From assembly GCA_023231475.1 (NCBI GenBank), contig JALJEE010002383.1:1-56786 (forward strand): 56,786 bases of DNA, given 5' to 3'. This document shows, one piece after another, positions 14,631 through 29,275 of this stretch. A program made the position numbers and the translations under genes. The notes under the pieces are model-generated. The model worked only from the letters and a program-made list of their open reading frames with translations, searched no databases and was not told the DNA's origin. Position 1 is the stretch's first letter. Each line of letters starts with the position of its first letter. The DNA comes from Seison nebaliae (taxonomy: Eukaryota).

Positions 14631-14943
14631 TAAATTTTATGTGTCGATAGAAGACTGATAGAAGGTAGATGATGTCGGTGACAGTTGAATAATGATTAGA
14701 ATTTATATGATTTAATGTCTATTTTACATTTATCATATTCTATCTTTTTTGATAGTTCATTCTTATCGGATAATTTTTTATTCTTCTCACTATCAACTTG
14801 CTCGAGAATAACAATTTAAACATCTCCTCTTTTCAAACATTTTTCGCAATTTCGTCTATTGTTCTATCATTTCAATTATCTTGATTTCTCCTTCTTAATT
14901 ATTCATCAGCACTCACAACATTGGAGCAAGCGATAAAGCGACG

Positions 14944-15393
14944 ATGCTCCGATATCTATTATTGGGATTATGTCTCCATCACATCATTTCCGCTTCTTTT
15001 CTTAACGAGAACGAACGGTTCTCTCTTGAGACCGTACGAAAGCAATACGGTGAACTTTCAAGAAATAATAAAAAAAGTTTCCTACGGACAATCATGAGTA
15101 GAATCGGAGGTAATCAAAAACCCAACGCTACTCAGATGGGACGTGGCAATTGGCGAAAAACAAGGAAACAACTCGCTGCTTATTTCATTTTGTGTACGAT
15201 GGAAAATCGAAATTTAACATCACGTAATAATTGTATGAGAAAGAAATTTATGAATCTCTTATTATTCCAAATGGAGAAGAACGGTGTTAATCTTCAGGCA
15301 ATCGATGAGAAGCTCGTGCGTGACAACCTTCAACATTTCAATGAAGTGAAACAGAATCATAAATCACAGAAATTACTACCATTATGGGGATAA
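14944..15393 (+). CDS. Orphan secreted basic protein, 149 aa, intronless
   Basis: Clean ATG ORF with a signal peptide (MLRYLLLGLCLHHIISA), K/R-rich, two internal Cys. No family recognised. Confidence 0.65.
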   Translation: MLRYLLLGLCLHHIISASFLNENERFSLETVRKQYGELSRNNKKSFLRTIMSRIGGNQKPNATQMGRGNWRKTRKQLAAYFILCTMENRNLTSRNNCMRKKFMNLLLFQMEKNGVNLQAIDEKLVRDNLQHFNEVKQNHKSQKLLPLWG

Positions 15394-15475
15394 GACCGCT
15401 CTGACAACATATAATTCTTACAAAATTTTATAAATGAGAAATTCACAAGATTTCGAATTATTATTATTTTTTCTT

Positions 15476-17856
15476 TTATGATGACCGTAAGTTTTCACTT
15501 CTTCCGTTTAATAAACCATTCAAGCGATTTCTATTTAATGAATTTATTCGATTATGATTATTGGTGCTGTTCTCGGTTGGAGAGGAAGTGCTGTCTGTAG
15601 ACGACGATTTGTTTGTGCTCGACGTGTCGATCGATGAAATATTTGTAGAATAATATTCGTTATTTCGGGAATTTCTTCCTTTTAACGAACTGTTCGTGGA
15701 TGTCATTGTTGGCAATGAAGTCGGAGAATTTTTCTGATGATTATTCAAGAAACTTTTTGAAGACAAATCGTTCGTTTGTTGCATCTTTAATTTCTTGTAT
15801 AAACTAATCACATTATTCGATTGTTTAGAAGAGGATTTGGTAGGAAAAACATTTCGTTTGTTCTCGAATGAAAGCGATTTATTTTTCGATCGAATCGGAA
15901 TTAATTTATTCTCAGTTCGTCCAACATTATTTTCACTAATAACTGAAGTTCTTCGTGCCGTGTTCTTTTCCATTTGAATCTCTTTTTTCCTCACTGTTTT
16001 TGTTGGAGATAATTGATTGGAAACTTTTGATAATGAAATATCATCATTACTCATAGTTTCTAAACATTCACGTTGTGATTGAACGGTAATATTTTTGGAA
16101 CCTAGAATTATCGATCTGTTATTATCGAACATCTTCTGCAAATTATCTCGTTCTTCACATTGCTGCTTTATTAATTTCTCGTACGTCTCAACTTTCTTCG
16201 ATTGATCACCAAACATTTTCTGATAGTTCTCTAATTCTTCTTCCACCGTTGACATATGTTGCTTCAGCATATTATTCGTTACTTCTTGTCGTTCCAACTC
16301 CATTTGTTTCTTATTAAATTTTACTTCTTCTACTCGAAGATCATGTTCACTGGACTTTTGAAGAACGCCAATTTTCGATTGAAGTTCTCGAATGAATTGA
16401 TGTTTCTTGTTCTATACGAATGGATTAATTGAATACGAATTAATATATAAGTGAAATTAACTAAAGAATTATCAAAATTCTTTCGCATTTCCTTCATTTG
16501 CATCTTCTTCGATTCATCTAAAGTAGTCTTCAAATTGTTCATCTTATCATCCATCTCCTTCGACATATCATTTATTCTCAACAATATTTCTCGATTTTTT
16601 TCTCGTTCAATTTCCAATTCTTTATCGCGATCATTTAACATTCTCTGATATTCATCTAACTTTATATTCATCTCATCCATCCTCCTTCTCATATTATTCG
16701 CATTATTATTCTGATTTTTCGAATGAGCATCTTTCAACTCTCGTCGAACTTTCGATATTTCTTCTTTCTGTGTAATCGTCAATCGACTTTTCTCTTCAAT
16801 TAACCTTTCGTTTAATTGACATAAATTGAAATATTCTTTTTCACGATCCTCCAAATTAACTAAAGATATAAAAACAAATTATTTTATGATGGAAATAATT
16901 TTATAGAATAACATTTCAATTCTTGATTCTTCTCATTGATCTCGTCGTGCTTCATTTGAATATCACGCAATTCATTTCGAAGTTCATGATTCTTCACCGT
17001 TTGCCCTTCCAATTGCTCATTTTGAATAGTAAATTCTGTTTGTAGTTTCTCATAATTATTCCCAAAATTCTTATGCAGATAAGTGGTTTTATTTCGCTCC
17101 TCTAAAACATCTTTAGCTGCTTCCCTTAATTCAGTCAACAATCGTTTATTCTCCGTCTCTAGTAAATCCAATTCATCACCGTTACTAGTGAATTCTTCTT
17201 TTAACAGGGCTTGCTCCTTCATTAATTGATCCAAACTAAAATTCATTGTTGGTAAACTTAACTGAACAATGAAAAAACTTTTCTTCTAATTCTTTTTTTA
17301 TATTCAGATGATAATTTACAAAATTCTTAAAATTACTTCCAAATTCATTTATAATTTGCGCTTCTTCCAATTGTTTGGAAGTGATATAACATCTCAATTC
17401 CTCGACCTCCTTTTTCGATTGATCGTTGATCAAATTGAGTTCGTCTAATTCCATTGTTATATCCGTCTTCCATTTTTCAATTTGGCTGTTCACCTGTCGC
17501 AGTTCGCACAACGACTCGTTGAGCCTAAAACAATATCATCTTATAATGATATATAACAAAAATTCAATAACACGTCTCGCTCATTCTCAATATTTAAAAT
17601 TCTATTTTCATATTCTGCAAATTTCTTCTCGGGATTGTCACAAACCTCCAATCTTTTCTTCAAAACCTTTATCGAAAAAGCTTGTGGTGCAATAAGTTAA
17701 GTTAAATGAAACTATAATTTCTTCTTCCAGTTTCTTTATCTCATTGTGAATTAAGTAGCTTACTCCGCAATAATTACAAATTGTTTCCGAACGATCCATT
17801 ACTTTCAGATCATCCGGTAATGGATATTGAGGATCATAGCGTTCAAATTGTTCCAT
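15476..17856 (-). CDS. LEKR1: LEKR1-like coiled-coil protein, multi-exon
   Basis: N-terminus PQYPLPDDLKVMDRSETICNYCGVSYLIHNEIKKLEEE matches the LEKR1 CxYCGVSYLI motif. A long E/K/L coiled coil and a Ser/Asn-rich tail follow. Confidence 0.8.
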
Positions 17857-18653
17857 AATTACATTGTTTTCCTAATTCTTATAAATGCATTCCATGACAA
17901 TAGTAATCGACAAGAACTAATTCATCGGCAAGATTAAGATCATTAATTTATGTTTTTAATATACCAGCTTGGTCTTTACTAAGCCTATTAACCATCACAT
18001 TTAAAATTTCTATTATATTTATAAATTTCAATAAATTTTTAAACAGAATGTGTTTCTCTTTGTTTCTCCTGAAAACCGGAGAATTGAGAATGAAGCATTT
18101 ACTGCATGGATTTTTGTAGTCAGAATACTAGCTATAAGAGAGAACACTGTTATATCTTCGTACTTTCAAATTCATACTTAATCCATTAGAATTTTCCAAT
18201 TGTTGGATCTAATTGAATGCAAGTATTTGTTTATTAAAACTTCTTGACTAAAATGACGTTTCATCTACTTCGTCGATGAACAAATTTTATCGACATATTG
18301 TATTTGTTCCCAATCATTTATGGTGGTTTAATATCAATGAATGAATGAAGTTATTCCAATAAAAAAAGATTTATTTATCCTTCAATATTGGTTTATTCAC
18401 CATCTCTAGAGAATTAAGAATTAATCATGTCGAGAAAATTGGAAATAATTACTTGGATTATTTATCGCTTCAATATGACTTGTTGCGAACAATTTGAAAG
18501 TTTGTCAAATCATTCTTCATAAGAGGAAATAAAAAAGTTTTTTAAATTAGAAAGATTGTCCGAAATTTAAGGCCCATTAAAAGAAAAGTATAATAAAAAG
18601 GAAGTAATATAGAAAATTGAAATATTTGAAGTTATATAAGAGAAGATTACAAG

Positions 18654-19877
18654 ATGGTTTTATCATGTCGATTTTATGAACAAAAATATCCTGATATTGA
18701 TGATGTGGTTATGGTGAACGTTAATCAAATTGATGAAATGGGTGCATATGTGAGATTAATGGAATATGACGGTATCGAAGGAATGATCTTGCTCAGCGAA
18801 TTGTCGAGAAGACGAATTCGTTCAATTAATCGTTTAATTCGTGTTGGTCGTGAAGAATGTGTGGTGGTGACACGTGTCGATCAAAGTAAAGGTTATATCG
18901 ATCTCTCTAAACGACGAGCGACTCAAGAAGACAAGTTGAAATGTCGAGAGAAATATGAGAAAGGAAAGACAGTTAAAATTCTTATACTAAAAAATTTCTA
19001 AAGAAATTTCCATTTTTCTATGAATTTTAATAGATTAATTCGATTTTGCGACATGTAGCTGAATTGTTGAAATTTGATTCGAGTCAATTAGAACAATTAT
19101 ATGAGAAGACGGCATGGTATTTCGATCGTAAAACGGGAAAAGATAATGGATCATATGAAGTTTTCAAGAGATGTGTCTCTGATCCATCATTGTTGGATGA
19201 ATGTGAAATAAGTGAAGAAGTACGAGATGTGCTCCTGAAGAATATCAATCATCGATTGACGAATCAATCGATTAAAGTCGTTTCAAAGATTCGAGTCTAT
19301 TGTTTCACTTATGATGGAGTGAATGCAGTGAGAGAAGCTTTGTTAAAAGGATTGGAACTCTCATCAACAACTTTCCCATTTGAAGTTAATATGAATTATT
19401 TTTCTAGCTTTATTTAATCTTCCCACTTATTATGATTATTGTTAATATTGATATTAAAGTTTTATTAAGAGAAAGAAAAATATATAAATGATATATAAAT
19501 ATATATTGTAATCTAATTCTCATTTATGTGTAATGAAATAGATAACACTAGTGGCTACACCAACATATATGATAACTTGTGTGTCGACTACGAGTGGAAA
19601 TGAGATTATTGAAAAGATGAATGAAGCAACGAAAATCATCGAACAAACTATAACGGAGAAAGGTGGTAAATTTCAGTGTACGAAAGCGCCTGTAGTTATA
19701 TCGAAGGGACATGATGAGAAGAAGATTGGTGAAGGAGATGACGATGAAGATAATGAAGAGAATGATTCAAATGAAGGAAGTGAAGATGATGATGATGATG
19801 ACAGTGACGAAGATGGTACAAAGAATAATGAAGGTATGCATGTCATAGACAATGATGGACTTCGTATCGATGATTAG
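18654..19877 (+). CDS. EIF2S1: Translation initiation factor eIF2-alpha, 3 exons (18654-18971, 19034-19384, 19542-19877)
   Basis: [27 protein letters not shown] (Ser51 site), [10 protein letters not shown], acidic C-terminal tail. Confidence 0.97.
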
Positions 19878-20284
19878 GTTGATAAAGAAATCCGAAGTGA
19901 AATAATTTGTTAAGATAATTTATCATAAAAACATAATTAAAACTTTCACCTTCACTTTCTAATTCTTCGACGAATCATTCTCTTGTTACTAGTATAATAA
20001 TTGTTTTTTCTTTTCTTTTTCTTGTTGGTCACGTAAGAGCACATGCCGAAAATAATAAATGGAAATATGAAATGTTTATTCTAATTCTATAATTTATCAT
20101 GAGAAAGCAATAGACAGGAAGAAAGAATGAATAAAATTTTGAGGTTAAGAAAATTGAAAAGTTTTCATTTAATCTATCAAATATTTTTTGAATTGATCAC
20201 CCTCGATCTCTCCAATTTTATGACAAAATTGGAAGATCTATCTGTTAAATTATTTAAGCGAAATTTCCTGCGTTCTCCATTCGA

Positions 20285-22017
20285 TTAACAACATAATCGT
20301 CGTTGTGCGCAATCCTTTTATACATCATTCAGAATATTAGATATTTAAAGAAAAATTGAAACTAAGGAAGTTGTATCGCAACAGGAAATTCCAGTTTTAA
20401 CTTCACCTTTACATATCACTTTTCCACATTGCATCAATGTCGGCCAAATATGATGATGAACGGACACTGAACATATATCACTATCAGCTGATCGTCGGTA
20501 TCTTGTTGGATCGAAACATTCACTATCTAATGCGATTGCAATATCGAGTGGATATGCCAACGAACTCATCTGGAAAGCGACACGTAAAGCACAACGTATA
20601 AAATTGGTAAGATAATTAAATCGGATTCCACTAGGTAATCGTAATCGACTGTCTCTCGTTAATGCCAATGTTACATCCTGGAAATTATTTAGAAATAAAA
20701 AAAAAAAAAAGAAACTAACGCAGATTAAATATTCTATGTCAAATGTCTTCACATTCGAATTAATATGATTTTGTGTTCGTTCTTCCAATGTCAACGTTTT
20801 ATCTGGATAAATATCTCGTGACACTTGTAAACGACATCTAGTTTTCCATGATTGAAATGCTGATTTGGCAGCGCGGAATGATTCACGAATTACGGCGAAG
20901 GTGATTCGATCATTCATATCAGGATCACACGATTGTACTGCTTTCAATTGATCAATAGCTGATCGACGATCACAACAATAAAGAGTATTGTATTGTTGAA
21001 TCAAATCATTCTCCGAACATACTTGCATGGGCGACGATGGAGATAATGGTGATAAGGATCGACAAGGTATCGGAGATGAAGAACGAGCACATGCGTCACA
21101 ACACGGTGATGGAGAACGTGATGCCATTCGTGGTCTTGCATCATAACGTTCTCGACGAGATCTCAATCGTTCGATTGTTGCGTCTGTCGATGCACTACGA
21201 CAAATTGTAGCTGGTGAACATCCTCGCGACATAATACGAATACCATTTTCCACAGCATCTTGCAATTGTTTCTGACTGTCAGACAATTGCATCGCTCGAA
21301 ACTCCGAATCTCGTAATTTGTATTTGAGATCTCTTACCTGTCTATCATTTGCTAAACGTTCAATTGAAGAATTACGTTCCGTGTTACGCAATTTGTTTTC
21401 GGTTTCACTCAATCTTTAAATCATTTTAGAAAAAGATTAGATATTCAATAATGAGATAATAAACCGGCATTTTAACATTGCTTTATCACAATCTGATTGA
21501 GTAATTCTTCGCTCCAAATCTTTCATTGATCGATTGAAATCATCAACTAATTCATTTCGGTGCATTTTTAATTGATAATTCTCCAAATTCTTACATGTAT
21601 CCGTACAACAAGCTAACTGAGAATGGATGAATGAACTGAAATTGTCGAAGTTTTTTTGAAAAATAACTTTACTGTTCAACATTTGCAGACGACATCGAAT
21701 TGCGGCAGATGTACAAGGATTCCTTTCCGCTATAAAAATTATTCAATTAATCTCTTTTAACGATTAGTAAATGATTAACCTTCACATGCTACTAATCCTA
21801 AAGTCTTCATCAAATTATTTTGTACATCGGAACACAATTGAACAACGTCAATTATCTTGTCAATGTTACATTCGAGTGGTTGATACTGAAAATATTAGAA
21901 ACAGAAAATTCCCATTAAAATGTCTCTAACCCGATAATCGCAACATAAATTTTGTAGACGTCTGGATAAGCAGTCAATTGACCGACTATCGATAATTCTT
22001 TGAATTGAATCACACAT
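20285..22017 (-). CDS. SPATA18: Mitochondria-eating protein (Mieap)-like, Cys-rich, about 7 exons
   Basis: The spliced N-terminus MCDSIQRIIDSRSIDCLSRRLQ...CNIDKIIDVVQLCSDVQNNL resembles the Mieap N-terminal domain. A coiled coil, an RSPSP region and a Mieap C-domain (FDPTRYRRSADSD, HHHIWPTLM, VICKGEVKT) follow. Confidence 0.8.
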
Positions 22018-23839
22018 TACAATAAAGAAGAGTTCGAAATGTTTTTACTAGAAAAAATTGTATCTGGTTGGTCGAAATGAAAGAGATTTGAAGAGGAAGT
22101 TTAAATAATTAAACGAGAAAATATTTTTAATTTAGCAGAAGAATAATGGATTTAGAGTTTGATGATAAAGACTAAAACTGAAACTACAATGACGAATAAT
22201 TATCCTAAGTTTCTAAGAAAGAACAATTGACTTATCGAAGAATGACTTTTATTTTAATTTCGTTATTACTAATGATATAAAAAAGGTTCCAAAAGGAAAT
22301 ATGAGATGGAGATGATTTTGAAGTAAGGTCAATCCTAAAATTAATTGCGAATTCGCAATAAAACTATCAGGTAACGATGAAGGAGAACGGTAGAGTATGG
22401 AAAGACACTAAGAAAATTCTTTATTATATCAATATAAATGTCAGATGATATCGTCATGAATAACGGAACAGATGATGGAGAACAATGTCATAGAGACAAT
22501 TATATCGTAAATAATCTATTGCAGCATGAAATGCATACAATATCAGTAGTATTTCTTTCCTTCGACTATTATGAAGGATTTGACTTACGATTATCATTAA
22601 GAAAGGAACAACACTTAATTCATATTAAATTAAATGAGAATTCTAATAAGATATAGGAATGAAATTTCTTTAAAAATTTCTTTTGACTCTCACATCTACA
22701 ATGGAAGTTCGTATGGTGTATCAATAAAGTAGTTTAAGGAATGATAAGTTGACTGAAATAACAAAAAGAGACTGTAGGTTACAAAAGAAACGTTTGTTCG
22801 TTCCTTTTTTTCAGATGTTCCTACTGTAAAATATGAAGTTAAATAATTTGTTGATTTTTCCACTGATGAAATGGTCGGATAAATGGCAAACAACCATCTA
22901 CCTTCATCTATTCAACCATTTCTTGCTAACGACTATGAGAGTGGAGAAGGACATGTTGCAATACATTCGCATTGACTGGAGCGAAGGCACCTTGATAACG
23001 TTTTGAATTGTCGTATTATAATTTCCATAAATTTGTAGAATAAAAAAATAAAAAATTTTTTTGATTACACAATTACTTGGTTACGAACAAATATAGTTAC
23101 GAGTGTTTTCCGTAAATGAATTAGGTGAGAACGATTAGATTGCTAATTGAATTGTTTGGGAGGGATAAAAATAAAAAAATAATAAACTTACATAAAATTG
23201 TTAAAAAAAAATTTTAAATTTCTTATTTGAATTAATTAACAACAACAACGAAGAATGGTTAAGAAGAAGCACAATTTTGATACTTAACCATTAGTCATCA
23301 TAATGATCTCTAATTCTCTTCCTCTCAATCATTTGGGCATTTATTTCTTTCTATTAACATTATTATTGTAGCGACAGTAGTAAATTAAAGAGTTATGATA
23401 AAAATAGTAAATTTCTTACAAATTCTCCGTTTCTTCACTTTTTTTTGACGTTCCATGACATTTTGCATGACATATCATCATCTATCCTTCCAATACGAGA
23501 AATATATTCATTTGTTGATTGAAGTCAAATATTAGTTCAACTCATTATTTTACACACACGCACACATTTTACGTTCACGTCATAACATATAATGATGTAA
23601 CATGAGAGATGAGGAGGGAATGAAGTAGAATTTAAATGAATAAATCAAATCGGTACAATGAATCTGTCGATTCGATAAATTATCAAAGATATTTTTCCTG
23701 ATCATCTCCTTCATGTTTATTGATAGAAGAAAAGAAAGAAAACCCTTCTTCTTTTTCTCTCTCAACTACTGTCGTCGTTCGTTGAGATAAGAGGAGGTAG
23801 ATATATCTAATCGAGAAGGTGAAGTGAATAAATTTCTTC

Positions 23840-25680
23840 ATGATGGATGACAATGGAGATGGAAGAAGAACAAAGAGTGCAGCAGTATTTGTTCTGGGAG
23901 ATTTAGGACATAGTCCACGAATGCAATTCCATTCGTTGTCTTTGGCCAATACGAATTATCATGTTTCCTTATTCGGTTATCGAGGTTAATTCTATTGATA
24001 ATAATTAATAATATTGGTGCTTCTGGAACAGAAAGTCAATGTATTGAAGAAGTGGAATCGAATAAGAATATCGAACAAATTAACATTAAATCTTTCCCCA
24101 AATGGATGAATAGTTAAATTTTTTCTAATAATCTTTCAATTCAACAAGAAATTACGATAACAGATTTCCCATCATTTCTTCGTTTCCCATTCAAATTCTT
24201 TTGGTTATTTATAACGACACTCTTCACCTTCATCACTTTACGACGTCAATTTGACATTCTGCTTGTTCAGGTTCATTCAATTAATTTTTGTATCAGTTTC
24301 CCTTATGGAAATAATGTTTTAGTAGAATCCTCCGACCTTACCATCATTAATTATTGGCTTATTATTAAGGAGGTTGGGATATACGAGAAGGTTCTATATA
24401 GATTGGCACAATTTCGGTTATTCTATGTTTTCGGAGACGTCGAAAATGATGCGTTTCATTGTGGAAAAGTTAATTATTTGATTTGATCGAACAAACAAAA
24501 GTGGAAAAAGAAGAAAAAATAAAAATTTTTGTTCTGAAAAAATAGTATTGAAATGAGAATCGGTAGAATGAGTGATGGTAATTTCTGCGTGTCTTCAGCG
24601 ATGAAGCACCGTTTACTGACGAATAATATAAAGTTACCTTCGTGCTTCATCAAACATATCATTTTAATTGACATTTCAATTTTCTTCTTCTTCAAAATCA
24701 TTTTCGTCAATTTATTTTTAATTTTCGACTGAAATTTCGTTTGGGACATCTTTTTTCGTTACTGGTATAATTATCGTCACAGTTCTAACGTTTTCTACGA
24801 TCGTCCGTTATCAAACCGGTTGAACATCGGAAAAGACGATGGTACTATTAACGGCATGACAGTAACAGACTTTCGACAACGTCTCCTCGAACAATATTCG
24901 ATTAATTGGGCGAAGTTACATCATTTTCGAGAGACTAACGATTTCTAATGCAGAATTTCCATATAGAAACGAATTGTTGATGGTCAGTAGTACGAGTTGG
25001 ACTGTAGAGGAAGATTTTAACATTCTATTTCACGCATTAAATCGTTCGTCATATTTCTTTCTAATTGATTGAAAATTCTCTCCCAGATTTCAATGAGACA
25101 AAAGAACGTCTTGTGAATGGTTTGCCCAATGTGTTATGTATCATTACAGGTTAAATTTCCATAAATAAACATATAATATAAGAGAACGGAAATAGGTAAA
25201 GGAGAATTGAAAGATTATTATATGAATGAATATCATAGACTCAAATCGAATGGATCATTAAAACATGTTCGTATCGAAACAATCTGGTTAACTACTCAAG
25301 ATTATCCATTACTCTTCTCGTTTGCCAATGTAGGCATTTCATTACACAAATCAACTAGTGGCTATGATCTTCCCATGAAAATTATAGATATGTGTGCTGC
25401 TGCTTTACCAGTTCTCTCTTATGATTATACGACAATAAGCGAATTGATCCATCACAATCGAACAGGAATCGTCTTCTCAACTTCCGACGAATTGTATCGA
25501 CTACTCTTCAATCTCTTCTATAACGATCGGATTAATGTAAATGAGAATGAGGAAGAGGATTCATTGAAGGAAAATGAAATTCTCCAAAATATCCGGAACC
25601 GATTAATTGAAAGAAATGCAAATGGTGAATGGAATTGGGAAAGTGAATGGAAGAAAACCGTTCTTCCAATTCTTTCGTAG
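23840..25680 (+). CDS. ALG1: Chitobiosyldiphosphodolichol beta-mannosyltransferase ALG1, 9 exons
   Basis: VLGDLGHSPRMQFH, VQNPP, IDWHNFGYS, FCVSSAMK, FYDRP, MVSSTSWTVEEDF, ITGKG and HKSTSGYDLPMKIIDM. Eight GTT-AG introns. Confidence 0.93.
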
Positions 25681-25780
25681 TTTCAGATAATTTTATACAA
25701 AGATAAGAAAAATGAGTTTGAAAAAAATAATAAAATTATTTACTCAATCCATAATAGTTTCTGTTGGTTAAATGAAATTT

Positions 25781-28095
25781 TTAATAATTTTTGATTATCT
25801 GATTTGCCATCAATTCTGATCGGAGAATTTTTATGTCTTTCTCAGCTTGATTTCTCAACTAAAAACTCAATTAAATCAGATAAGATTGAATAATAAAGAA
25901 GTGAACTCGAATTTCCAATGCCAATTTCAGTTTACTATAAGTTAATTTCGTTTTCGCTCCCATCAAATTCTGTTCAGCTGTTGTTGGATCGATGCGTGCC
26001 GAGTGATTCTTCTGAAGGAGAAATATTTATTGATATAAACTTGAAATATTTCTGAATAACTTTTCCTAGATCAACTTGTCTGGAAGTTAGACTTCCGTTC
26101 AACGACAAAGTAGATCCGGTGTGTCCTGTGAAATTATTATTTCCATTCGACGGAACCGATTCTTTCGCTGCTTTTAATTTCCGATAAGTTGATCGAAGTA
26201 AATTTTCTTGACGATTCACTTCAGCTTCTTTTGGAGGAGTTTTCCTTTTCTCTTCAAAATATTTCTTCTTCCACGGCTCTCGACCTTCAAATGAGAATGT
26301 GAATAAATTATAGATACTTCCCACCTACCTGTTTTACGACGAAGTGTTAATTTTTGTTCTAGAGCCTTCAACCTTTTCACCAAATCCTCTTCGTCTTGTC
26401 GAAGCAGTCTGTTTTGTTCATGCATCTTACGCACTCCTTCGGCAACATAATCTCCTATTATTAGAATAGTATTGGAAATAAATTATTATTCTATTATCGG
26501 ATATCTGAAATAAACAATAACCGTTATCACTCTCCAAATATTTGTCCCATTCATTTTTTCCCTCACTACAATCATCCACATTTTATCCATTAAAAAAAAC
26601 GGAAATTTAAACTTTCTCAATTCTTTCACATACTTCCTGTCCACATATCCACGATAACTAGATTGTATGATTAGAGCTGCTTCTTCTTCTCGACGACGAT
26701 GACTAAAGAAGATTTATAATTACAATTTCTTTTCCTACCAAAACAATTAACTTCAATTCTGACGGAGTTGTACTAATTGTGGTACGATCGATTTCTGAAT
26801 AATCACCTAAATTTACAACAGAATTTCAATAAATTTTTATTAAAGAAATTGATAGATCATCAATCATAAAATAAATGTTACACTTTGGTTCTCGAAGTCA
26901 CTGTATCTTAATGAAAGGAAGTCATTCATCGAATGAATGTTAAAGAGAAATGAAGAAAGTGAGGAAAATGACGATAACAAACAAGTGAAAAATATTGATC
27001 GAAAAATTTACCTGAATTATTCGTGAAATTATTAGAAGTTCGTTTTTTGTCAAAATTTGTTTGAGATTGGTCATGTCGATTTGTAATGTTATTTTGTGAA
27101 TTCGAATGTTGTTGTTGAACTGCAGTAGATTGATGAATGTCTTCAAGATTTCCGGAGTTGTTTTTTGACGATGAAATACTGTTCAATTTTGAATAAGTTC
27201 GTCGATTTAAGTCTGACCGATTGGAGAATGTGGTTTGTGAATAATAATTGGAATCGAATTTCTTTCGACCGTTAGTAAATTGACGATCTTCGCTTATCCA
27301 TCGTTTGTTCGCTGAGCGTTTGATTATGGTACGTCGTTTGTCGATTGAAGATGGATTAGATGTAATAACTGTGTTATTTGTTGAGGAGAAGGTAGCGTCT
27401 AATAGATGAGGGAAAGTGAAAAGGTGAGAACCATAAAGAAATCGTTAAAATGGAAAATATGTTCGATTCGTTGAAAATCAACAGCAGGAAAAATGTTTAA
27501 AAGAAGTATTCTATTTCAAACTAGAAGATGAAATTTGAGGGTGCTCATTCCTTTGAATTATAAATAGACATACCTCCAGTTAAATAATCTGAATGTTTTC
27601 CTTCTAATAAGAAGATTTCTGGTGCTGAACTCTAATTGAATGACAGTTAAGAACAAAGTAACTGAATTGTAGAGTAACTGTTGGTGGTCGAAATGCTTTT
27701 GCTTTCAATTCCTTCTCTTGCTTCTTTTTAACAATAGTGAAACATCTGCCCACACTTCGAACAAAAACATAATTTCTGGGTAACGACACATCTTCACCAC
27801 ATTGATATTCAATCTCTTCGCGCAATTGCTCAATTAATATGTAAGGGGGGACACTGGATTATATATGGAATAAGATGAATTTGGTATAAAAATAATTGAT
27901 AGAAAGAAAATTGAACCGAATAAATCCTTGTGAAATGCATTGATCCATAGAATCGTTGAGTGCTAGATTATATTGGCGTCTCCATAACGATTGCGGCATA
28001 ACATAAACATGAAGATCAATCAGATTATCCGACGATGGACGATCGGTCGTTGGTTGAATAGGATATTGATAATCATTTCTCACATCCGACATCAT
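25781..28095 (-). CDS. SPATA1: Spermatogenesis-associated protein 1-like, multi-exon
   Basis: N-domain RPSSDNLIDLHVYVMP...ISQGFIRV...LPRNYVFVRSVGRCF. C-terminal coiled coil WKKKYFEEKRKTPPKE...LRNQAEKDIKILRSEL. Internal exons only partly resolved. Confidence 0.8.
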
Positions 28096-29275
28096 TACCC
28101 AAAAGTTATAAATTTTATTTCTTCACTTTCAAACGCAAATAAAATAATAACTCTATTGATTACCGAGATTGTAGGAATTGGTAACAACACACAAATATAA
28201 AAAAGAAACAAGGACAATTAAATATTTAATTTTGGAAGTTCTTCCAAGTGTGAATGAAAGAAATCTTTCATCACTATTTTCTAATTCAAAAATTACGAGT
28301 CGCAATAGAGACCGAGTTCACCAACATTTTAATTTCTCTTTCTCCCACCATAATGTATCATTTATGGCGCAGTCCATTTCTCACAAGAAAAAAAACATGT
28401 ACGTCGACATCAATTTTTACGAAAACATATCACCTTTATTCTAAATCTCAAAGAGCGATGACCTATGTAGCGAATAACTATTCTTTTTTCTTGAAATTCT
28501 CATAAAAAATATTTCATCGAAATTGATATTCGGAATAATATATTCCGCTCATTCTCACATTATCGACAAATAAATGTCAAGTTACTATGTTTACCTTTAA
28601 TTGTCGTATAACTTCTCTTCCGAACTGTGTCATCACCATCAATTCCTTATTTTCACCATTAATTTTTAAAATATTTTTAGATATAAAAAAAATGCATCAT
28701 CATACTATGATTATACAACAATTGCTCTCATTACTTTATCTAGTAATTAAATTTAAATATACGTTTTTAGTCAAATTATAAGTAAATGTATCATATTTTC
28801 TATAAAATACACAAGGAAGTATGAAACTGAATTTTTGACGGACAGCTCAAAAGAAAATTTCATAAATAAATAATGAATAAGGTAAATACGTCTATCGTAT
28901 ACAATGAATATCAAAATTTGTTTATAGGTGTAGAATATCGATTTTAAAGAAAAGATTTTTCGCTAAAATTCTTTTATTATTTGTATAGAAAATAACAAAC
29001 TAAATAATATTTGAATTGAAAATTATAGAAATTTTTGGAACTGGGAACCAGTCGTCGTTTGCTTAGCTTCCACGTCCTTTATCGTTGTTTTCGTTAGAAA
29101 GTACAACAATATCTTTCGGGATTGCTGCTAAAGGCAACAATCATTTAATTTTTATTCGAAACTCTCATTAAACCAAACTAAATTGTATTACTTCTCTTTG
29201 AGGAGAAACAGAGAATATCACATTTGAACAGCTGACTTTTTATCCAGCTTTGGGCATTGTTTTGGTGGCAGCGTC

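Noticed and set aside
18060..18330. Possible hAT transposase remnant (DWEQI..., IASIL...) on the minus strand
   Set aside because: Too short and stop-ridden to support by eye.
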